Source: a bacterium (lineage in GTDB: Bacteria; DRYD01). Taken from it: DNA of 64,000 nucleotides. The position numbers were made by a program, and so were the translations under genes. Under the pieces are notes generated by a model. That model was not told the origin of the DNA. It was given only the letters and a program-made list of their open reading frames with translations, and did not search any database. This document shows, piece by piece, positions 1-6,882 of the stretch. The stretch's first letter is position 1; the number at the start of each line of letters is the position of its first letter. The stretch covers positions 90,873 to 154,872 of the forward strand of contig JAUQQQ010000001.1 in assembly GCA_030549815.1 (NCBI GenBank). Direction: 5' to 3'.

Positions 1-757
1 TTGTAAAGGATTCCCAATTACTCAATACTTTAACTATATTTCCATTTCTGACTCTTATTTCTATCCCACATGCAACCGGACAAGAAAAACAAAATGAATT
101 TATTTTTTCTGTTTCCCATGATCTTCCCAAATACATTGAATATTTATCAATAAAAGTACCCGTTGGGCATACCTGAACACACAAACCACAAGATACACAC
201 GAAGATTTACCCAATGGAATCCCACCATCAGCAACTATCAATGAGCTTATTCCTTTATTGATTTCAGATAAAACAAAATGTCCCCCAACTTCTGAGCATA
301 CTCTTATACAACGAGAACATAAAACACACCGATTATTATCAAACAATATAAATTCATGTGAATTATCAAGCTCAAAGATATTCTTAAAAGTTGGGAAATG
401 AAAATGGTCTAAGCCAACATAATATCCCAAATTTTGGAACTCACAGTCATTCGTAACAGCACAATACATACAATAATGATTTCTTTCACCAAATAAGAAT
501 TGAAGAATCCATCTTCTTGCTTCTATTAAATCTGGTGTGTGTGTTTCAATATCCATTCCATCCTCTATTAGCGTAGCACAAGAATTTTTATATCTCCCCC
601 TATCCTTTATAATACAAATCCTACAAGATCCAACAGGCCTTAAATAAGGATGATAACACAAAGTAGGAACATATATACCTATATTTTTAAGAAATTCATA
701 AACCGTTGTTTCTTTCTCAACAAAATACTCTTTACCATTAATTTTTATCTTTTTCAT
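1..757 (-). CDS. NuoG/HoxU/FdhA-like iron-sulfur oxidoreductase subunit, N-terminal part (runs off window start)
   Basis: Not in the ORF track. Manual translation from ATG 757 gives MKKIKINGKEY..VPTLCYHP..GSCRIC..SC (2Fe-2S), ERNHYCMYC..C, CVLCSRCIRVC and CVSCGLCVQVCPTG (4Fe-4S), then CFSCPVACG, the start of a molybdopterin-family Fe4S4 domain. Confidence 0.85.
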   Translation of the reverse strand, partial: MKKIKINGKEYFVEKETTVYEFLKNIGIYVPTLCYHPYLRPVGSCRICIIKDRGRYKNSCATLIEDGMDIETHTPDLIEARRWILQFLFGERNHYCMYCAVTNDCEFQNLGYYVGLDHFHFPTFKNIFELDNSHEFILFDNNRCVLCSRCIRVCSEVGGHFVLSEINKGISSLIVADGGIPLGKSSCVSCGLCVQVCPTGTFIDKYSMYLGRSWETEKINSFCFSCPVACGIEIRVRNGNIVKVLSNWESFT

Positions 758-885
758 CTTGGTAACCTCTCTTATAATTTTTCCACAAAAAAAAACAATA
801 TCCTTATTCAAACAGCAAATAAAGGGAAAAAAGAAATATTGTTAAATTAATATAATTGAAGGAAGGATTAAGGGGGTTAATTTTT

Positions 886-1056
886 ATGGCACAAAAAAAG
901 AAAGCAAGTATAAAAAAACCAGGACCTGCTAAATGTAGATACTGCAGAGGATTATTAGAAGGTACAAGATGGGTTAAAATCGGAGGAAAAAAATGGCATA
1001 GAGAATGTGCTCTTAAAGCAGGCAAAAAAATCCCAAGGGAATACTTAGAAGTTTAA
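886..1056 (+). CDS. Small basic protein with putative C2HC zinc site (56 aa)
   Basis: AGGGGG RBS before ATG 886, TATAAT at 851; CRYC...HREC motif; Lys-rich; 35 bp upstream of the EF-G paralog. Confidence 0.7.
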   Translation: MAQKKKASIKKPGPAKCRYCRGLLEGTRWVKIGGKKWHRECALKAGKKIPREYLEV

Positions 1057-1091
1057 AAAAATAAAAAATAAACTTTAAATAAGGAGGAACT

Positions 1092-3101
1092 ATGACAATA
1101 AAAAATATTTGTTTAACAGGGCATACATCAAGTGGAAAAACATCGCTCATCGAAACAATAGCATACCTACACAAATTAACAAATTCCTTCGGAACAACAT
1201 CATTGTTAGATACCGACGAAGAAGAAAAGAAAAGAAAAACAACAACTTTCTTAAAAGTATTCCCCATAAAAACAAAAAACTACAAAATTAACCTCATAGA
1301 TACCCCAGGCTTCTCCGATTTCATCGGAGAAATATTAGGAGGCATCCATGCTTCAGAAAATATTGGGATAGTTATAAATTCACAAAACCCCATAGAAGTT
1401 GGAGCCGAAAGATCATGGTTCTTAGCAACAGAAAAAACTAAATCACCAATTTTCTTCATCGTAAATCATTTCGATAAAGAAAACCTTAATTTCGAAAACA
1501 TAATTAACCAACTCAACGAAAACTTTAGTCCAAGAATTATACCCCTGACAATACCAATATACGAAAACAACAATTTCAAAGGTATAGTAGACGTAGTTGC
1601 TAAAAAAGCATACCTCTTTGAAAAAGGAGAACTAAAAGAAACAAACAACCCACATGAAAACCTAACAAACACCTATTACGAAAAAATTACAGAAACAGTA
1701 GCAGAAACAAATGAAGAATTGCTAAATAAATACTTGGAACAAGGAGAACTACCACAAGACGAGATAATCAAAAATCTAAAAGAAGCATACAAACAAAAAT
1801 TACTGTTCCCACTATTCGTCACGAGTGCCAAAATCCCTGAATCAGTTAAAATCCTATTAAAATATCTTGAATCAATAGCAATAAACGCAGATGAATTAGA
1901 TTCGATAAAACCAAATGACAAAGATTTAGTTGCGCTGGTCTTCAAAACAATATCCGATCCATATAAAGGAAGAGTTTCTTTCATCAGAGTCTTTAGTGGA
2001 AAAATAACTAAAGATTCAACAATAACAAATACAACAAAAAATGCTAAAGAAAAAGTAACCGTTTTAGTGGAAATCGCAGGAGACCAACATAACCCAATAA
2101 ACGAATGTCTACCAGGAGATATTTGTGCAACTTATAAATTGGAACAAACATTATCAGGAGATATTTTATCATCTTTAGATAATCCACCGATAAAACCTAT
2201 AGAATATCCTGAACCATTGTTTGAAAAAGGAGTTGAACCTAAAACTAAAGCAGACGAAGAAAAATTATCCTCCGCTATAAACAGAATATTAGAAGAAGAC
2301 CCTACCTTCAAAGCATACAGAGATCACGACGTTAAACAATTTGTTATTTCAACCATAGGAGATGTCCATCTTGACTACATCGTATCAAAATTAAAAAATA
2401 AATACAAAGTTAATATTGAAATAACACCAAGAAAAATACCTTACTTAGAAACAATAAAAGGTAAAGCACAAGCCATAGGAAAGTATGTAAAGCAATCAGG
2501 CGGTAGAGGACAATTCGGAATAGCACACATAGAATTAGAACCATTACCAAGAGGACAAGGTTTTGAATTTGTTGATAGAATTGTTGGTGGAGTTATACCT
2601 AAGAACTTCATACCATCTGTCGAAAAAGGAATAAGAAATGCAATGGAAGAAGGTGTATTATCAGGAAATAGAGTTGTCGATGTAAGAGCAATACTCTTTG
2701 ATGGAAAGTATCACGAAGTAGACTCAAGTGATTTAGCATTCCAAATAGCAGGAGCAATGGCATTCAGAGAAGCAATGTCTAAAGCAAACCCAATAATCCT
2801 TGAGCCTATAATGAGTTTACAAATAATGGTACCCGATAGTATGTTGGGAGATGTCATAGGATTACTTAATACAAAAAGAGCCAGAATAATGGGAATGGAA
2901 ACATCAGAAAGAAAAGGATGGCAGTTAATAAAAGCTGAAGCACCATGGATGGAAATCACTGACCTACCAGTTGAACTTAAATCAGCAACACAAGGTAAAG
3001 CAATATTCTACATGAAATTATCACACTACGAAGAAGCACCATCCAACATATCACAACAAATAATATCCGAAAGTAAGAAAAACCAAGAAGAAAAAGTTTA
3101 G
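1092..3101 (+). CDS. fusA2: Elongation factor G-like protein (EF-G2 type)
   Basis: GHTSSGKTSL, DTPGFSDF, KQSGGRGQFG, YHEVDSSDLAF, PIILEPIM; AAGGAGG RBS. Confidence 0.9.
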   Translation: MTIKNICLTGHTSSGKTSLIETIAYLHKLTNSFGTTSLLDTDEEEKKRKTTTFLKVFPIKTKNYKINLIDTPGFSDFIGEILGGIHASENIGIVINSQNPIEVGAERSWFLATEKTKSPIFFIVNHFDKENLNFENIINQLNENFSPRIIPLTIPIYENNNFKGIVDVVAKKAYLFEKGELKETNNPHENLTNTYYEKITETVAETNEELLNKYLEQGELPQDEIIKNLKEAYKQKLLFPLFVTSAKIPESVKILLKYLESIAINADELDSIKPNDKDLVALVFKTISDPYKGRVSFIRVFSGKITKDSTITNTTKNAKEKVTVLVEIAGDQHNPINECLPGDICATYKLEQTLSGDILSSLDNPPIKPIEYPEPLFEKGVEPKTKADEEKLSSAINRILEEDPTFKAYRDHDVKQFVISTIGDVHLDYIVSKLKNKYKVNIEITPRKIPYLETIKGKAQAIGKYVKQSGGRGQFGIAHIELEPLPRGQGFEFVDRIVGGVIPKNFIPSVEKGIRNAMEEGVLSGNRVVDVRAILFDGKYHEVDSSDLAFQIAGAMAFREAMSKANPIILEPIMSLQIMVPDSMLGDVIGLLNTKRARIMGMETSERKGWQLIKAEAPWMEITDLPVELKSATQGKAIFYMKLSHYEEAPSNISQQIISESKKNQEEKV

Positions 3102-3249
3102 TAAAATAAATAAGCAAATAGAATCATTTATTTTACAACAAGTAAATAAAAATAAATTAGATGTAAAGAATCTAAAAGGGGCGCCTGTATTATTACAAAA
3201 ACATTAGAAAAATACTTAATGTTAATGTTATTGATAAACGTGGGAATAC

Positions 3250-3517
3250 TTCGTTTCTATTTCTAAATATCATCTTCTTCTATTACCTTCTTTATCGTCA
3301 AAATCAAACACATATCGTCTACACTATATCTTCCATATTCGGTATTTAATTTTCTTACTTGGCTTTTAAATTTATTTCATTTAACTGATTTAATCTCCAC
3401 TTCTACAGAAGAAGTTCACACTCTACAAAAACTACTTTTTTTACAAAAAACTATTTTTTCTACAAACGGGACCCCTTACCCCACAAAACTACTTATTGCC
3501 ATTGGTAATTTATTCAT
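3250..3517 (-). pseudogene. Highly decayed third copy of the AAA-ATPase gene
   Basis: ATG 3517 gives MNKLPMAISSF (cf. MKRLPIGISSF); further fragments PNMEDIV (~3323-3342) and LTIKKVIEEDD (~3268-3301) match the neighbouring paralogs. Confidence 0.65.
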
Positions 3518-3556
3518 CCATAGACTTCTTTTTTACTATTCCAACTTACAATCCTT

Positions 3557-5071
3557 TCATAATTTCTCCCACCGATAATTCATTTTTCTTTTTTTCATAT
3601 CAAAATTCATCCCACATATTATTACTTCACCTTCCAACGCATACTTCCCATAATATTCCCTATCCCTTATTTGTTCTATCGCTTTTTCCTCATCCTTCCC
3701 TACCTTTACTTCAAATATGTATATCTTCCTGTTTGGTGTTCTTACCATTATATCAATTCTTCCTAATTTAGTATGCAATTCTGCATTACATTCAAAACCC
3801 GTTGAATATAAATACACATACAAAAACGACTTTATACTCTTTTCATCACTCCCATATAAATCATATGGTATATTCTCCAACAATCTGTTTATCATGTATT
3901 CTATCTCTTCTAAATCAACATTTTCCAATGCTTTCCTTATTGGATTTATCTCACTATCTTCTCCTCTCCACTCTCTTACAAATTCTCTTAACACATTCTC
4001 ATTAAAACTTATCTGTACTTCCTTATTTGGATATCTCAATTTATAAAAATTCCTATCATACTCTTCTTTTACTTTGTCTATTGTTAAGTATCCCGTTTGG
4101 AACATTAATGCTTCTATACTTATTTTCTCTACATCCACTCTATTCAAATCTTCTTCTGACATCATTAACTCCACATTTGGCATCTCATATTTTTTCTCTC
4201 TTATCAGTTTTATCAATACCTCTGGATTACCTGTCTCATACCAATAACTGCTTTTTTTTCTCTCCTGAAAATACAATAACACATCGAATGGATTGTATAT
4301 TTTACTTCCCAACCACCAATACCCATTATACCACTCTCTTATTTCTAACAACTCTTTTTCACTTTCTATTATTTCCCCAAACACTTCCTCCAATTCCCTT
4401 TCTGTATACCCACATATATCTCCATATTCTTTACTCAAGCTTATATCTCTTAATTGATTTAGTCCACTAAAGAGTGATACTTTTGCAAATTTACTTATCC
4501 CTGTTATAAATACAAAACGTAAATACTGGTCTAAACCCTTTATCGTCTGATAAAATCCTTTCAACACTTCTCTTATTTCTTCCGCTATTCCACTCTTCTC
4601 TATATTATCCAATATCGGCTTATCATATTCATCTATTAACAACACTACTTTTTTTCCTGTCTTTTTGTTTATCTTATAAATTAATTCTGACAGCATTGAA
4701 TAATATAGCTCTTCCTCTATTTCTACTTCATAATTCTTACTCCAAAATTTTATTATCGATTTAATATACCTCTTCATTTCTTCTTTGTTTTCTACCTTCC
4801 CTCCATCAAATGAAAACCTTACCACTGGATACTTTTCTCCCCAATTCCACTTCTTTTCCAAATACAATCCTTCAAATAATTCTTTTTTCCCTTCGAATGC
4901 ACATCGCAATGTATCTACAAACAAGCTTTTCCCGAACCTTCGAGGACGTGATAAAAAATAATATTCTCCTCCTTCTACTAATTTTTTTACAAAACTCGTC
5001 TTATCTACATAATAATATCCCCCTGTCCTTATCTTTTCAAAACTACTTATTCCTATTGGCAATCTCTTCAT
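3557..5071 (-). CDS. AAA-ATPase-like protein with C-terminal PD-(D/E)XK nuclease domain (intact copy)
   Basis: MKRLPIGISSF..YYVDKT, Walker A SRPRRFGKS, Walker B LLIDEYDKP, FITGISK, YNPFD, FQTGYLT, C-terminal GRIDI..IYIFEVK..AIEQI..Y. Start moved to ATG 5071. Confidence 0.9.
   Translation of the reverse strand: MKRLPIGISSFEKIRTGGYYYVDKTSFVKKLVEGGEYYFLSRPRRFGKSLFVDTLRCAFEGKKELFEGLYLEKKWNWGEKYPVVRFSFDGGKVENKEEMKRYIKSIIKFWSKNYEVEIEEELYYSMLSELIYKINKKTGKKVVLLIDEYDKPILDNIEKSGIAEEIREVLKGFYQTIKGLDQYLRFVFITGISKFAKVSLFSGLNQLRDISLSKEYGDICGYTERELEEVFGEIIESEKELLEIREWYNGYWWLGSKIYNPFDVLLYFQERKKSSYWYETGNPEVLIKLIREKKYEMPNVELMMSEEDLNRVDVEKISIEALMFQTGYLTIDKVKEEYDRNFYKLRYPNKEVQISFNENVLREFVREWRGEDSEINPIRKALENVDLEEIEYMINRLLENIPYDLYGSDEKSIKSFLYVYLYSTGFECNAELHTKLGRIDIMVRTPNRKIYIFEVKVGKDEEKAIEQIRDREYYGKYALEGEVIICGMNFDMKKRKMNYRWEKL
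4401..4957. repeat. ~557 bp direct repeat, copy 1 (copy 2 at 5943-6499)
   Basis: Offset 1542; translated segments are identical and the nucleotides look identical on inspection; flanks diverge abruptly. Confidence 0.9.
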
Positions 5072-5088
5072 CCTACACACCCCTTCTC

Positions 5089-6672
5089 TTACCTATATCT
5101 CTCTACTTCCATCTTTTTCACTCTCCTTCCCCTACTATCTATAACTATTCCCACTAAATATATCTCTTCTCTATCCTTATACTTCTCATGATATCTCTTC
5201 TCTTTTATTTGTTCTATTGCTTCCTCCCTATCCACCTTCATCTCTATTATATACACCTTACCCCTATTTATCACCGTTAAATCTATTCTCCCTATACTTG
5301 TCACATCTTCCACTATTACTTCTAATCCACTTGACACCAACAACACATAAAACAATGCACAATAAAAACTCTCATATCTACCCACATCTCTATACCACAT
5401 ATTTGGCACACTTCCATATTTAATACATTTTCCAATTCTAACAATTTACCATCAACAAATATCTTCCTTACTTCTCTTACCCCCAACTTTTTCCTGACCA
5501 AATACTACTTCCTATATAACTATTTAATGCTACTTTTACCTCTTTGTTCGGATAGCACAATCTATACTCTAACCAATCTTCTTCTATCATCTCTTTTATT
5601 GTCAAATATCCTGTTTGAAATAATAACGCTTCTATCCTTATTTCTTCTATATCAAACATATCTAATACATTATCATCTACTACTACTTCTTCTAAATTCG
5701 GTATATAGTACCCCTTCTCCCTCATAACTTTTACTAAAAATTCTGGGGTGGGGTCCCCTTCCCCTGGATTACCCGTTTTAAACCAATACGACCTATATAC
5801 TCTATTTTCCATATACAACAACACATCAAATGGATTATATATCCTTGAACCTAACCAATAATACCCATTGTACCACTCCCTTATTTTCTCTAATTCTTCC
5901 TTCCCTTCTATTAACTCTCCAAATACCTTTAATAATTCTTCCTCTGTATACCCACATATATCTCCATATTCTTTACTCAAGCTTATATCTCTTAATTGAT
6001 TTAGTCCACTAAAGAGTGATACTTTTGCAAATTTACTTATCCCTGTTATAAATACAAAACGTAAATACTGGTCTAAACCCTTTATCGTCTGATAAAATCC
6101 TTTCAACACTTCTCTTATTTCTTCCGCTATTCCACTCTTCTCTATATTATCCAATATCGGCTTATCATATTCATCTATTAACAACACTACTTTTTTTCCT
6201 GTCTTTTTGTTTATCTTATAAATTAATTCTGACAGCATTGAATAATATAGCTCTTCCTCTATTTCTACTTCATAATTCTTACTCCAAAATTTTATTATCG
6301 ATTTAATATACCTCTTCATTTCTTCTTTGTTTTCTACCTTCCCTCCATCAAATGAAAACCTTACCACTGGATACTTTTCTCCCCAATTCCACTTCTTTTC
6401 CAAATACAATCCTTCAAATAATTCTTTTTTCCCTTCGAATGCACATCGCAATGTATCTACAAACAAGCTTTTCCCGAACCTTCGAGGACGTGATAAAAAG
6501 TAATACTTACCTTCTTCCTCCAACTTTTTTACAAAATGTGTCTTTGGGGTAGGGGTCCCCCAATTTTCTACATAATAATATCCTCCTGTTCTTATCTCCA
6601 TAGAGGGACCCCTACCCCACAAAACTACTTATCCCTACAAACGGGACCCCTACCCCATGGCAATTTCTTCAT
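5089..6672 (-). pseudogene. Second AAA-ATPase/PD-(D/E)XK paralog, disrupted by short insertions and frameshifts
   Basis: ATG 6672 (MKKLP) reaches a stop after a 19-nt insertion. ORF pieces 5477-6622 (ATPase) and 5089-5409 (GRIDL..IIEMK nuclease) are collinear with the intact copy. Confidence 0.85.
5943..6499. repeat. ~557 bp direct repeat, copy 2
   Basis: Matches 4401-4957. Confidence 0.9.
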
Positions 6673-6829
6673 TCCACACACCTCGTTTTCTATTACTAAT
6701 ATATTAAAACTACTACCAAATATTAGTTCCTTATTTTAGATCCCTTTTTATTATTTCTTCAGCCAACAGCGATTACCTATATTTTATTTGAAAGTGCAAC
6801 AGTTTACTACTGATTCCAAAATAAAAAAT

Positions 6830-6854
6830 AAAGGGAGCTTTGAGAGCTCCCTTT
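6830..6854 (-). terminator. Rho-independent terminator after the PilX-like gene
   Basis: AAAGGGAGCT-ttgag-AGCTCCCTTT perfect 10-bp stem, followed by a T-rich tract on the minus strand. Confidence 0.8.
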
Positions 6855-6882
6855 GAAAGCAACAATTAATTACCTTCTTAAT

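Larger units (their letters stand above)
3464..6657. repeat. Five dispersed 19-21 nt insertions with core GGGACCCC(T)ACCCCA
   Basis: Copies at 3464-3483, 5744-5764 (reverse), 6545-6565 (reverse), 6601-6619 and 6639-6657; absent from the aligned positions of the intact paralog. Confidence 0.9.

Noticed and set aside
4401..6499. 557-bp repeat as a DGR template/variable pair
   Set aside because: The copies look identical rather than differing at adenines, and there is no reverse transcriptase in the window.
6601..6657. Two GGGACCCCTACCCCA copies 38 bp apart as a mini CRISPR array
   Set aside because: The repeats are only ~15 bp and the intervening DNA is the AAA gene's own coding sequence (GISSF), not a spacer.
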